Source: an uncultured Candidatus Saccharibacteria bacterium
Lineage (GTDB): Bacteria > Patescibacteriota > Minisyncoccia > Phycocordibacterales > Zambryskibacteraceae
Assembly: GCA_964349945.1 (NCBI GenBank)
Contig: CAYGIH010000002.1
Span: 46,937-110,936, forward strand
Direction of reading: 5' to 3'
DNA length: 64,000 nt
Shown here: in pieces, positions 8,267 to 17,203 of the stretch
Layout of the letters: each line of letters starts with the position of its first letter
How positions within the stretch are numbered: the first letter of the stretch is position 1
Notes under the pieces: model-generated
What the model saw: the letters and a program-made list of their open reading frames with translations, nothing else
Databases searched by the model: none
Told to the model about the DNA's origin: nothing
Position numbers and translations under genes: made by a program

Positions 8267-9296
8267 AACGCGGTTCTTTTTCTGGTAGTGCTACCCCAAT
8301 AGCTACTCCATAAGTAAGCGATTCTTCGAACGATATATCTGGTAAATCTCCAAACAAGGAAAAAGCGTTTACCCAAACATTCGCCACTTCATATTCTATG
8401 TCCATATCTTCCATCAAAGAAGAGACAAACTTATCATCCTTAGCTCCGCGACCAGCAATGAGAACTTTTTCTATTTTTTTACCAGGTTCTCCATTGGTGT
8501 CAGTCTTAGTATTCCAAAAAGCAAAAACTTTTCTCATTTCGCTTTTTAAACTTAATAAATCTTTATAACCATTTTCATCCTTAATTACCCCAAAAGCTGG
8601 AGTGGAGCTAAATTGAACTATTTCATCCTCAACAACATATAAACCTGTCTTGCTTTCTCCAAGATTAACTATTAGTTGAGGCCTTTCGTCTCCATCAGGA
8701 ATAACTGCCCTTGCCAGAGCCTGAGATTCAACTTCAAAGGAAGCTGGTGTTATGCCCGCCGATTCAAAAATACTGGTGTATGTTTGAACTGCCTTGAGTG
8801 GTAACACTGACACCGCTACACGAATTTGTTCTTTATCCTTTATGTTCCCAATTATATCAAAATCAAAAACAGATTCTGCTAAGGAGACAGGAACATTCTC
8901 CTCAATAATAAAAGCCACCCTATCCCTAAGACTATCGAACGGTTCTTTGTCCACCACTGCAGTGAAAAGATACGCTTTTTCTTCAGGTAGAGTAGCTCTC
9001 ACATAATCGAAGGAATGTTTTGATTTTAAATTTTTTAAAGCTTTCACTAGAGCCTCCGTCTCATAAATATACCCCCCTTGAATAACTCCTTTTGGTAAAA
9101 CAACACTATCATAGTTATCTAGGGCCAGGTCTCCAGCTCGATGTGACTTTTTAAACTCTACTACATGTATATCTTGATCAGAAAAAGCTACACCAACTTT
9201 GGATAATTCAAGAAAACGAGGAGTGGGGAAAAAATCAAAAAAATTTCTTTTTCTTTTAGGTACATTTGAAAAACCTGACATGAATACATTATACAC
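8259..9296 (-). CDS. pilM: Type IV pilus assembly protein PilM (actin-like ATPase fold)
   Basis: Size and organisation match PilM/FtsA-like actin-fold proteins, and it heads a pilMNO-like operon. Confidence 0.65.
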   Translation of the reverse strand: MYNVFMSGFSNVPKRKRNFFDFFPTPRFLELSKVGVAFSDQDIHVVEFKKSHRAGDLALDNYDSVVLPKGVIQGGYIYETEALVKALKNLKSKHSFDYVRATLPEEKAYLFTAVVDKEPFDSLRDRVAFIIEENVPVSLAESVFDFDIIGNIKDKEQIRVAVSVLPLKAVQTYTSIFESAGITPASFEVESQALARAVIPDGDERPQLIVNLGESKTGLYVVEDEIVQFSSTPAFGVIKDENGYKDLLSLKSEMRKVFAFWNTKTDTNGEPGKKIEKVLIAGRGAKDDKFVSSLMEDMDIEYEVANVWVNAFSLFGDLPDISFEESLTYGVAIGVALPEKEPRYV

Positions 9297-9315
9297 TCAC
9301 CCCACACAGTTCTCA

Positions 9316-9642
9316 TTAACTAACTCTCGTTCCTTTGGGGGTATCTTCACTTACACGAAGCAATGAGAAGGTGGTGTCAGTGGAAACAGCTAGAATCATC
9401 GCCTCACTGGGTATACCCATGAGTGGTCGTGGTTCAAGGTTTGTGGCGAAAGCACATTTCACTCCAACAAGGGTCTGTGGGTCTTCAAAATACTTTTTTA
9501 TACCAGAGACAACTGTTCTTGGTTTCTCTTCAGCAAAGTCTACTGTTAATTTAAGCAACTTATCTGAGTTTTCAATCAGTTCTACATTCATTATCTCCCC
9601 TATCATTATTTCTCCCTTTTTAAATTCATCTATAGTTATCAT
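9316..9642 (-). CDS. tRNA-binding protein (CsaA/Trbp111/EMAP-like OB fold)
   Basis: The sequence ITIDEFKKGEIMIGEI...LVGVKCAFATNLEPRPLMG resembles the MetRS C-terminal tRNA-binding domain. Confidence 0.6.
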   Translation of the reverse strand: MITIDEFKKGEIMIGEIMNVELIENSDKLLKLTVDFAEEKPRTVVSGIKKYFEDPQTLVGVKCAFATNLEPRPLMGIPSEAMILAVSTDTTFSLLRVSEDTPKGTRVS

Positions 9643-9771
9643 ATTATTATCATACAAAATAATTTACTTTCGTGCCTTAAATATGGAGAAATAATTGGTT
9701 TTCGTGCCTTGCGCAGGACAGCGGTCCGAGCAGAGCAAATTCTTAGTAGAGAATTATGCGTGCAAAGAAAA

Positions 9772-10152
9772 CTAATTATTTTGTAAGTCTATATAACTTT
9801 TAAGTATTAAGGCTGCGGCGGAAGCATCTCGCATTTCATTCTGTCCTTGGATTCTGTCTGCTTCCATAGAAGTATAAACTTCCGGATGCATAACCACATC
9901 GATTTTCTCTGCTTTTAATTTCTCTACAAATAGTTTTATGTCTTGGGAAATTATATTAGGTGATCCGTCTAAGTTTTTTGAATCACCGACCACTACCCTT
10001 TCTATCTTTTCATCATTTATAGTTTTAAGAATCTTTTCAAGAAAGGTTTGGTCGTTTGGTAAAACCGCCCTAGGCAAAGCAAATTCTCCTGATTCATCAG
10101 TTGATGCTATCCCCACTCTTTTTGCCCCATAATCTACAGCCATAATCTTCAT
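9772..10152 (-). CDS. ruvX: Holliday junction resolvase-like RuvX/YqgF (pre-16S rRNA nuclease)
   Basis: MKIMAVDYGAKRVGIA N-terminus with the RNase H-like YqgF pattern. Confidence 0.8.
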   Translation of the reverse strand: MKIMAVDYGAKRVGIASTDESGEFALPRAVLPNDQTFLEKILKTINDEKIERVVVGDSKNLDGSPNIISQDIKLFVEKLKAEKIDVVMHPEVYTSMEADRIQGQNEMRDASAAALILKSYIDLQNN

Positions 10153-10179
10153 AGGAAACATTATAGTATAATAAAAATC

Positions 10180-10419
10180 ATGAATTTAATATCAAACACC
10201 CAAGAAGTAACTAATTGGTTTAGTGCCCATCCAATATTAGTAATAATTATCATGGTTTGGTCTATAGCTTGGAAGGGCTTGGCTTTGTGGAAATCAGCTC
10301 AACGCAATGAACAATATTGGTTTATAGCTCTACTCTTCATTAATACTGTTGGTATTTTGGACATTATTTATATTTACTTTTTTGCCAAAGACTCAAAAGT
10401 AGAGGTAATTAAGAGTTAA
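10180..10419 (+). CDS. Small membrane protein
   Basis: Two predicted TM helices, 79 aa. Confidence 0.3.
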   Translation: MNLISNTQEVTNWFSAHPILVIIIMVWSIAWKGLALWKSAQRNEQYWFIALLFINTVGILDIIYIYFFAKDSKVEVIKS

Positions 10420-10460
10420 AAATTGATTTTAGCCTCCGTTTGTGTTTTTATAGACCTCAC

Positions 10461-10551
10461 GGAGGAGTGGCTCGAGCGGTTTAAGGCACCACTCTTGAAA
10501 AGTGGAATCTGGGCAACTGGATCGTGAGTTCGAATCTCACCTCCTCCGCCA
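10461..10551 (+). tRNA. tRNA-Ser (anticodon TGA), with long variable arm and encoded CCA
   Basis: GGAGGAGTGGCTCGAGCGGTTTAAGGCACCACTCTTGAAAAGTGG...GTTCGAATCTCACCTCCTCCGCCA, close to bacterial tRNA-Ser(UGA). Confidence 0.9.
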
Positions 10552-10638
10552 AAATTGTGATTCTTGATATTCTATATTTTTATGATATGGTTTGAACGGG
10601 TCGTTCTTTAGGCCCTCCCTCATCACAAGGAGTCCTGG

Positions 10639-11214
10639 ATGCGTATTCGTATGATGTCGCTCCTGTCCGCGGCGTTGCTCGCTGCGTGCACGAGCGAGCC
10701 CACTGCTCCAAAGGCGGTGGAGCAGGCTGTCTCCACTTCGAGTGACATGATGGCTCTCAAGGGTGGCAGCTGCACTCTCGCCGATGGTCGGGTTGTGGCT
10801 CCGGGCTTCAACGCCCTCGGTTACAACTACTGCGCCGGCCTTTTCAACGGCCCCGCGGATGGAACCGACAAGGTTCTCGACGGTAAGGTCTGGGGTGACC
10901 CAACCTATGCCGCAGATCACCTCGTCATGAAGTGGAACTCTGCATGGGATGCATGCAACGCAAATCGTAACGTCACGAACTGCACCGGCGCCTGGACCGA
11001 CAATGAATGGAATGGCAAGGTGGCCGGAGGAAGCGGAGAGTCCTGGCACTACAAGATCAAGTGGGTGGGCTCGTGCGGATCATACGGCACACCCCTCGCA
11101 AGTGGCGGATACTGCATCTGGAATGAATATGCAGTATTGTTTTCCCACGGGTCAGTGGCCAACCAACACTTCTGGGACACTCACGCCAAGCCGGCCGGCT
11201 ACGGCACCCAGTAA
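10639..11214 (+). CDS. GC-rich lipoprotein (signal peptide with LAAC lipobox), function unknown
   Basis: N-terminus MRIRMMSLLSAALLAAC. The CDS is much more GC-rich than its surroundings, with an AAGGAG RBS and a terminator after it. Confidence 0.55.
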   Translation: MRIRMMSLLSAALLAACTSEPTAPKAVEQAVSTSSDMMALKGGSCTLADGRVVAPGFNALGYNYCAGLFNGPADGTDKVLDGKVWGDPTYAADHLVMKWNSAWDACNANRNVTNCTGAWTDNEWNGKVAGGSGESWHYKIKWVGSCGSYGTPLASGGYCIWNEYAVLFSHGSVANQHFWDTHAKPAGYGTQ

Positions 11215-11224
11215 GATTTCCCAC

Positions 11225-11258
11225 GGGCGCGATGCAATAGCACGCGCTCTTTTTTTAT
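11225..11258 (+). terminator. Intrinsic terminator after the GC-rich lipoprotein gene
   Basis: GCGCG...CGCGC stem followed by TCTTTTTTT. Confidence 0.5.
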
Positions 11259-11291
11259 TATTTAGATTTATTTTTGTGCTAGAATTTATGT

Positions 11292-11762
11292 ATGGCAAAG
11301 ACAGATCTTCGTCTTGAATGGACTGCTCAAGAATATGAACATAAAGAAAGAACTCAGGATTGGTTCTGGGCAGTAGGGATTATTACTGTCTCTATCTCCA
11401 TTGCTTCAATTATCTTTGGGAACATCATTTTCGGCATCTTTATTTTGGTAGCAGCTTTTTCTCTTTCCCTATACATAAACCGTCCACCAGAAACTCTCCA
11501 AATGAAGATTGACTCTATGGGTATAGCCAGAAATAAAATTTATTACCCCTTTGAGACTCTTCACTCATTCTGTATAGATATAGAACACCCGCACAAAAAA
11601 ATAATCCTTCGCTCAAAAAAAATGTTTATGCCTCTTATAGTCGTCCCTCTTGGTGAAGAAGTTAACTTTGAAAAAGTTAATGCAATATTAAAAGAATATC
11701 TCCCCGAAGAATATCACGAGCTTCCTTTCATGGAGAACATTTTGGAATTCTTAGGATTCTAG
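11292..11762 (+). CDS. Hypothetical membrane protein
   Basis: Two TM helices near the N-terminus. Confidence 0.35.
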   Translation: MAKTDLRLEWTAQEYEHKERTQDWFWAVGIITVSISIASIIFGNIIFGIFILVAAFSLSLYINRPPETLQMKIDSMGIARNKIYYPFETLHSFCIDIEHPHKKIILRSKKMFMPLIVVPLGEEVNFEKVNAILKEYLPEEYHELPFMENILEFLGF

Positions 11763-11834
11763 TGCTCCCAGTAGGAATCGAACCTACATTTTAACTTCCG
11801 CAAAGTTATGTCCTATCCATTGAACGATGGGAGC
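11763..11834 (-). tRNA. tRNA-Arg (anticodon reads GCG; loop TTGCGGA)
   Basis: The reverse complement GCTCCCATCGTTCAATGGATAGGACATAACTTTGCGGAAGTTAAAATGTAGGTTCGATTCCTACTGGGAGCA folds as a cloverleaf. Its D-loop AATGGATA is shared with the Arg(TCT) tRNA. Boundaries are accurate to ±1 nt. Confidence 0.7.
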
Positions 11835-11895
11835 GTGAATCAAAATTAGCACATTTAACCCACTTCTACAAAAAACCGCCTGAGGGCGGATTTCG

Positions 11896-12162
11896 TTAAG
11901 CAATCTTTTTTATCATCTTTGAGAACCTTGAAATCTTTCTTGAAGCTGTGTTTTTATCCAGTGTATGTGCTTTGGCTGCCTTGTCGAATGCTTTTTGAAC
12001 CTCTCTGAGAGCGAGCATGGCTTCCTTTTTCTTATTTTCTTTCACAAGTTTTTTGAGAGTCTTCACTGTCCTTGCAACCTTATCCTTCCTTATAGTATTA
12101 AAAACCTGCTTCTTTAGAGAAGAGCGGAATGCCTTTTTTGCTGAACGTGTTATAGCCATGGG
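11896..12162 (-). CDS. rpsT: 30S ribosomal protein S20
   Basis: MAITRSAKKAFRSS... with basic helical composition typical of bS20. Confidence 0.8.
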   Translation of the reverse strand, partial: PMAITRSAKKAFRSSLKKQVFNTIRKDKVARTVKTLKKLVKENKKKEAMLALREVQKAFDKAAKAHTLDKNTASRKISRFSKMIKKIA

Positions 12163-12212
12163 CAAGATATTAGCGTATATACCTCTATAAATCAACCTGT
12201 TATGATAGAAGT

Positions 12213-12788
12213 ATGATAGGAAGCCTAAACGGGACCGTCCGCCACAAAGATCTCCATTATCTAATCGTAGATGTTGGAGGGGTTGGATATAAGGTGTTTG
12301 TGACCACCGAAGCCTCCCTCGACGCCTTACCCAGTGAGCCTATTTTTCTTTGGACATACCTTGCTGTTCGAGAGACAGCGCTCGACCTTTATGGTTTTTC
12401 TGATAAGGAAACATTGGAAATTTTTGAACTTCTCATCACCATCTCAGGTATTGGACCAAAGACGGCTCTTGGGATATTGAATGTGGCATCCCCTTCTATC
12501 CTTAGACAAGCAGTTAGCGAGAACGACACTTCATACCTTACTCGCGTCTCAGGTATAGGGAAAAAGAACGCAGAAAAAATTGTTCTCGAACTTAAGGATA
12601 AATTAATTATCAAAGAATCTGATCAGGGTCTAAATATGCGCGCCGAAGGTGATGCACTCGAAGCACTTGTCTCTCTTGGATACACAGAACGCGACTCTCG
12701 TGAAGCTCTAAAGAAAGTGTCCAAAGAAATAGACAGTCCAAGTGAACGAGTCAAACAAGCCTTGAAACTCCTTTCAAATAAAAAATAA
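12213..12788 (+). CDS. ruvA: Holliday junction branch-migration protein RuvA
   Basis: MIGSLNGTV...VGGVGYKV N-terminal OB domain and HhH motifs. Confidence 0.9.
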   Translation: MIGSLNGTVRHKDLHYLIVDVGGVGYKVFVTTEASLDALPSEPIFLWTYLAVRETALDLYGFSDKETLEIFELLITISGIGPKTALGILNVASPSILRQAVSENDTSYLTRVSGIGKKNAEKIVLELKDKLIIKESDQGLNMRAEGDALEALVSLGYTERDSREALKKVSKEIDSPSERVKQALKLLSNKK

Positions 12789-12813
12789 AAAACCACACTT
12801 CCGTGTGGTCAAC

Positions 12814-13167
12814 TCAACAAACATCTCCAACTGGACCTCTGTAGTGAAGCTCGATTTCACCCAAGTATCTTGTGATTGAATCACCCATTTCCTCAATGGA
12901 TATAGAATCATCAAATACACCTTCAATCCTGGCCATTACCACTCCGAGAGGCTCTTCGTTTATCCTTGGTTCCGGCCAGGCTCTGAGGTTGAGGTCGTAC
13001 AATCCCCTCATGAACTCCCTGACCTCCTTGATCTCCCAGGGAGACCTTTTGAAAACCTCCTCAGACAATGGTCCAAGCATAACAACATAGCCCTCTCTCC
13101 CCATCCCAGTGAGAAATGAACTCACCCGCCCACCCTCGTTCACCTCGAGCAAAAGATACCGATTCAT
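12814..13167 (-). CDS. Hypothetical protein (moderately GC-enriched)
   Basis: 117-aa ORF with no motif recognised. Its composition is somewhat GC-richer than the neighbouring genes. Confidence 0.3.
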   Translation of the reverse strand: MNRYLLLEVNEGGRVSSFLTGMGREGYVVMLGPLSEEVFKRSPWEIKEVREFMRGLYDLNLRAWPEPRINEEPLGVVMARIEGVFDDSISIEEMGDSITRYLGEIELHYRGPVGDVC

Positions 13168-13240
13168 ATGGCACCTCCGTTCGGGAATGTCCTACTGGTG
13201 GTTACAAGTTCTATATGTATTATATACCCATCAAACTTAT

Positions 13241-14092
13241 ATGCCTGAACTACCAGAAGTCCAAACAACCGTGAACGGTCTAAACAAAACTGTGAGGGGC
13301 AGGACTATTTTAGATGTCTGGACAGATTATAAAAGTGACTTCCATACAGGCAAGGATAATATAAAAAATCCAAAGTTTTTTAAAATTTTTAAAAAGGAAA
13401 TCTTGGGCACGAAAATATTAAAAGCCGAAAGACGAGGAAAAAATATTTTGATCAGTTTGGATAGTGGAAAAACAATTCTTGCTCATATGAAAATGACTGG
13501 ATTCTTCTTCTACAATCCACCAACAGACGAAAGATTTGTGCGAGTAAAATTTTATTTAGACAATAAAAAGGTTCTGGCTTTCTCTGATATGCGTAAGTTT
13601 GCAAAGATTACTCTAATAGAAACAAAAGAAAGAGAAAAGGATTCTGAGCTCTCTCACCTTGGACCAGATGCGCTGGACATCACCATAGAAAAATTTAAAA
13701 AAGTTCTGTCCAAAGAAAAACGTCCCATTAAACAAATGCTTATGGATCAATCGCTCCTCACTGGTGTTGGGAATATTTATTCTGATGAATCCCTCTGGCT
13801 CTCCTGTATCCATCCTCGCTCAACCCCCAACAAAATACCCAATAAACAAGCCGAATTACTCCTAGAAGCAATAAAAAAAGTCCTAAAAACAGGCATAGAT
13901 TTTGGTGGTGATTCTATGTCCGACTACAGAAACATCTATGGAGAAAAAGGTAAATTTCAAAATAAACATAATGCTTATAGAAAAACTGGAGATAAATGTT
14001 CAAGAAAAAACTGCAAGGGAGTAATCACTCGGGATGTAGTCGCCACACGTAGTGCACATTTTTGTTCTATTCATCAAAAACTATTTAAGTAA
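13241..14092 (+). CDS. mutM: Formamidopyrimidine-DNA glycosylase (Fpg/MutM)
   Basis: MPELPEV N-terminus with catalytic Pro2, and a C-terminal Cys zinc finger. The start was moved to this Met inside the 13109..14092 ORF. Confidence 0.85.
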   Translation: MPELPEVQTTVNGLNKTVRGRTILDVWTDYKSDFHTGKDNIKNPKFFKIFKKEILGTKILKAERRGKNILISLDSGKTILAHMKMTGFFFYNPPTDERFVRVKFYLDNKKVLAFSDMRKFAKITLIETKEREKDSELSHLGPDALDITIEKFKKVLSKEKRPIKQMLMDQSLLTGVGNIYSDESLWLSCIHPRSTPNKIPNKQAELLLEAIKKVLKTGIDFGGDSMSDYRNIYGEKGKFQNKHNAYRKTGDKCSRKNCKGVITRDVVATRSAHFCSIHQKLFK

Positions 14093-14548
14093 TTCAAAAA
14101 GGGCTATCCCTGTAGCCACAGAGACATTGAGTGATTCTTTCTCCCCCTTCATCTCTATCTCCACTATTTCATCACATTCATCTAAAACATTTTTGTTTAC
14201 CCCATCAACCTCATTCCCAACAATTAATGCAAATTGTTCTGGAGATTTATATTTTTCTAGATTCACCGACCTATCATCTTGTTCTAATGCTAGGATTTTA
14301 AAATTTTGTTCTTTTAATCCTTTTATCACCCCATCTATCTCTTTTTGATATTCCCATTCAACAAGCTTTTCTGCCCCTAGTGCCACCTTAGAAAAATCAG
14401 TACGTACTCGGCCAAACCTATCTATTGGTGCTGGCGTAGTCCCTATTAAGAAAATCTTTGAAACACCTAAACACTCTGCGGTGCGAAAAATAGAACCAGT
14501 GTTTTCCACTGAGCGAATATTATCTAGTATAAGGACAGCTGTTTTCAT
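14081..14548 (-). CDS. SpoU/TrmH-family RNA 2'-O-methyltransferase (TrmL-like)
   Basis: SPOUT-fold pattern (NIRSVENTGSIFRTAE..., LVGNEVDGV). The size fits TrmL. Confidence 0.65.
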   Translation of the reverse strand: MKTAVLILDNIRSVENTGSIFRTAECLGVSKIFLIGTTPAPIDRFGRVRTDFSKVALGAEKLVEWEYQKEIDGVIKGLKEQNFKILALEQDDRSVNLEKYKSPEQFALIVGNEVDGVNKNVLDECDEIVEIEMKGEKESLNVSVATGIALFELLK

Positions 14549-14565
14549 TATGCTAGAATACACTT

Positions 14566-14970
14566 ATGTTAAATCCATTTCCAGAACTATTAACTTATTC
14601 ATTAATGGGGCCCTTTATTCTTCGGGTGGTGCTTGGTGTCATAATCGCCGAGACAGGCGTTCTTAAATTTAGAAGTGAACGAGATCGTTGGATTGCTTCA
14701 TTCGAAGCGCTTCATCTAAAACCTGCCGATATTTTAGTTTCTATTCTTGGGTTCGTAGAAATAATAGGAGCGGTTGGTCTCATCCTCGGTTTGTATACCC
14801 AAATCGCCGCTCTCATTTTTGTAGTAGTTTATGGATTAGAATTATATGTAGAGTATAAAGAAGAACAGGTCTTGAAACGCGATATTGTTTTCTATCTCCT
14901 CATGTTCACCATCGCCCTCTCTCTTCTCCTCACAGGCGCCGGTGCATACGCATACGATATCCCTTTATAA
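14566..14970 (+). CDS. DoxX-family membrane protein
   Basis: Four-TM small protein with DoxX-like topology. Confidence 0.5.
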   Translation: MLNPFPELLTYSLMGPFILRVVLGVIIAETGVLKFRSERDRWIASFEALHLKPADILVSILGFVEIIGAVGLILGLYTQIAALIFVVVYGLELYVEYKEEQVLKRDIVFYLLMFTIALSLLLTGAGAYAYDIPL

Positions 14971-15018
14971 TCTAGACAATAAGCCTATTTTTAGCTATAG
15001 TTTTGGGGCTTTTAGTAT

Positions 15019-15091
15019 GCGCCCGTAGCTCAGTCGGTAGAGCAGCTCCCTTTTAAGGAGATGGTCATAGGTTCGATTCCTATCGGGCGCA
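15019..15091 (+). tRNA. tRNA-Lys (anticodon TTT)
   Basis: GCGCCCGTAGCTCAGTCGGTAGAGCAGCTCCCTTTTAAGGAGA...GGTTCGATTCCTATCGGGCGCA. Confidence 0.85.
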
Positions 15092-15135
15092 CAACTTGAA
15101 TTAATAACCCTGCATGCTAGGGTATTCGAAGATTC

Positions 15136-15687
15136 ATGTACCTACATAAGGAGCCTAAAGTGACCCAGCCACTCATCCGTGTACCAGAACCAGACCCGAA
15201 CTTCGTTGGGCCTCAATCGTGGTTGAATTACCTCAATGACGGTAGTTCAATTTGTTTCTATGAAGACGTGCATTATTACCTGTCGAACTTCTCCGCCTTC
15301 GCGCTTGTGCTTGGTGGAGAACTCTGGATGACCGTGGAGCACGCCTATCAGGGTTTGAAATTCGACCCGAAGCGTTACTCTGCAATCCGTTCACAAATCA
15401 AGGATGCTCTGTCGGCGCATGAGGCCAAGAAACTTGCATACTTGTGCAAGGATTGCATTCGGCCAGACTGGGAAGCTGTGAAGCTCGACATCATGCGGGG
15501 TTTGATCCATGCGAAGATTCAACAGCATCCGTATGTCCAGAAGAAACTTCTCCAGACTGGTGATGCCGTCCTCATCGAGAACTCGCACAGGGACTCATTC
15601 TGGGGTCGCGGACCAGACTGGCAAGGTATGAATCACCTCGGTCGAATCTGGATGGAGCTCCGTGGTGAACTGAGGAAAATGAAGTGA
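15136..15687 (+). CDS. NADAR-domain protein (YbiA-like N-glycosidase/ADP-ribose-processing fold), GC-enriched
   Basis: Motifs SNFS, VEHAYQGLKF, DSFWGRGPDWQGMNHLGRIWMELR are present. The start may instead be the GTG at 15160, which follows an AAGGAG RBS. Confidence 0.7.
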   Translation: MYLHKEPKVTQPLIRVPEPDPNFVGPQSWLNYLNDGSSICFYEDVHYYLSNFSAFALVLGGELWMTVEHAYQGLKFDPKRYSAIRSQIKDALSAHEAKKLAYLCKDCIRPDWEAVKLDIMRGLIHAKIQQHPYVQKKLLQTGDAVLIENSHRDSFWGRGPDWQGMNHLGRIWMELRGELRKMK

Positions 15688-15694
15688 GATTATC

Positions 15695-15718
15695 GAGCAC
15701 CAATAGGTGCTCTTTTTT
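15695..15718 (+). terminator. Intrinsic terminator after the NADAR gene
   Basis: GAGCACC aata GGTGCTC followed by TTTTTT. Confidence 0.6.
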
Positions 15719-16739
15719 ATTTATCTAAAATTTCTGGAGAGAGCTGGCGGTTAACCAAAACAAAAGTGGTGCGACGAGGTAGTTCTTTTAATCTCTTAGC
15801 TCCTACATATGTACAAGCACTACGGAGTCCTCCAAGGATATCACCAACAGTGTCCAATACTTTTCCTCTATAAGGAATTTTTATTTTCTTACCTTCTGGA
15901 GCTTTATAATGTGCCTTACCTCCATTATGTCTTTCCATAGAATCTGCAGAGCTCGAACCATAGTGATACACAAATTTTTTCTCATTCTCTTCTACTATTT
16001 CTTCTTCTCCTTCATCGTGTCCTGCGAGCATACCTCCAATCATCACAAAGTCTGCCCCCGCACCGAATGCTTTGGCTATATCTCCTGATGTTCTACATCC
16101 TCCGTCCGCACAAATAAGTCCACCTAATCCATGAGCAGAATCTGCACATTCAATAATCGCAGAAAGTTGAGGATAACCAACACCGGTGACTAGTCGAGTC
16201 GTGCAAACTGTCCCTGGACCAATGCCCACCTTCACTATATCTGCCCCTGAGAGTATGAGTTGTTCGGTCATATCTCCGGTGACGACATTGCCCGCCATGA
16301 TAATGCTTCCCTTGCACACACTTCTGACCTCCTTCACAAAATCTACGAATCTTTCTGTGTAACCATTAGCTACATCAATACAGAGTAAATATGGCTCTCC
16401 AAATTTTTTAATATATTTTTTTAGAAAATCTTTATCCTCCTTCCTAACTCCAATTGTTATAAAACTAAATTTTTTATCTACTTCTTCAAAGTGTTTGAGA
16501 TTATGAAATTTGTGTAGAGCCGTAAGGAGTTTTTCTTTCTTTAGAGACTTCACCATAGACACTGTCCCTACTCCATCCATATTGGCAGCAATGATGGGCA
16601 CACCACTCCAAATTTTCTTCGTATGAGGAAACTTGAATTCCCTCTCTAAATTCACCTCCTTTCTACTCGAAAGAGTGCTTCGCTTGGGACGAATCAATAC
16701 ATCTGCATAGTCCAGTTTGACTTCATTTTCTATTCTCAT
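15717..16739 (-). CDS. guaC: GMP reductase/IMP dehydrogenase-family TIM-barrel enzyme (GuaC-like, no CBS insert)
   Basis: [11 protein letters not shown] active-site loop, a GGxxxGGC motif and ~340 aa without a CBS pair. Confidence 0.7.
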   Translation of the reverse strand: MRIENEVKLDYADVLIRPKRSTLSSRKEVNLEREFKFPHTKKIWSGVPIIAANMDGVGTVSMVKSLKKEKLLTALHKFHNLKHFEEVDKKFSFITIGVRKEDKDFLKKYIKKFGEPYLLCIDVANGYTERFVDFVKEVRSVCKGSIIMAGNVVTGDMTEQLILSGADIVKVGIGPGTVCTTRLVTGVGYPQLSAIIECADSAHGLGGLICADGGCRTSGDIAKAFGAGADFVMIGGMLAGHDEGEEEIVEENEKKFVYHYGSSSADSMERHNGGKAHYKAPEGKKIKIPYRGKVLDTVGDILGGLRSACTYVGAKRLKELPRRTTFVLVNRQLSPEILDK

Positions 16740-16758
16740 GCCGGATGAATTATATACC

Positions 16759-17202
16759 TTATAAAGACAAAAGCATCTTCTCTACTAAACCCCCAATATC
16801 CCCCTCTCCTCGACGAGCATTATGGAGCCCTAATACTAGCTTTTCTGATAGTTCCTCTAGTTCTCCTTCTTTAAAATTCTTTAGATTAGCCTTCGCTTTT
16901 TTGTATGGGTACTCTTTCATATCCGTCTCAGTATAATTTTTGGTTCTTTGTGCAATGAGCAAACTCTTTACCACCCAAACCAGTTTCCAAAATATTTCTT
17001 CGGCCACCATTCCGCTGGCCAGAGCTTTTTGATACAAAACCCACGCATCCTTTTTCTTTCTCTCAGCTATCGCATCAGTGAGTGCCCAAATATTAAATTC
17101 ATTTCTCGCTTTTGGTCCAATACTAAATTCTTCTTCATCTCTCTGAAGATCAAGATCTACTACCGAACCAAATATATCTTTGTGATAAAATTCTTCGTCC
17201 AT
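16759..17202 (-). CDS. DNA polymerase III delta subunit-like protein, C-terminal domain only
   Basis: The segment [43 protein letters not shown] resembles HolA domain III. The N-terminal AAA-like part is absent. Confidence 0.35.
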   Translation of the reverse strand: MDEEFYHKDIFGSVVDLDLQRDEEEFSIGPKARNEFNIWALTDAIAERKKKDAWVLYQKALASGMVAEEIFWKLVWVVKSLLIAQRTKNYTETDMKEYPYKKAKANLKNFKEGELEELSEKLVLGLHNARRGEGDIGGLVEKMLLSL

Positions 17203-17203
17203 A

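Noticed and set aside
10537-11317. Antisense or overlapping ORFs within the GC-rich lipoprotein islet (10537..11049-, 10623..10811-, 10949..11317+)
   Set aside because: High-GC DNA yields long stop-free frames on all strands. Only the plus-strand ORF has a signal peptide, an RBS and a terminator.
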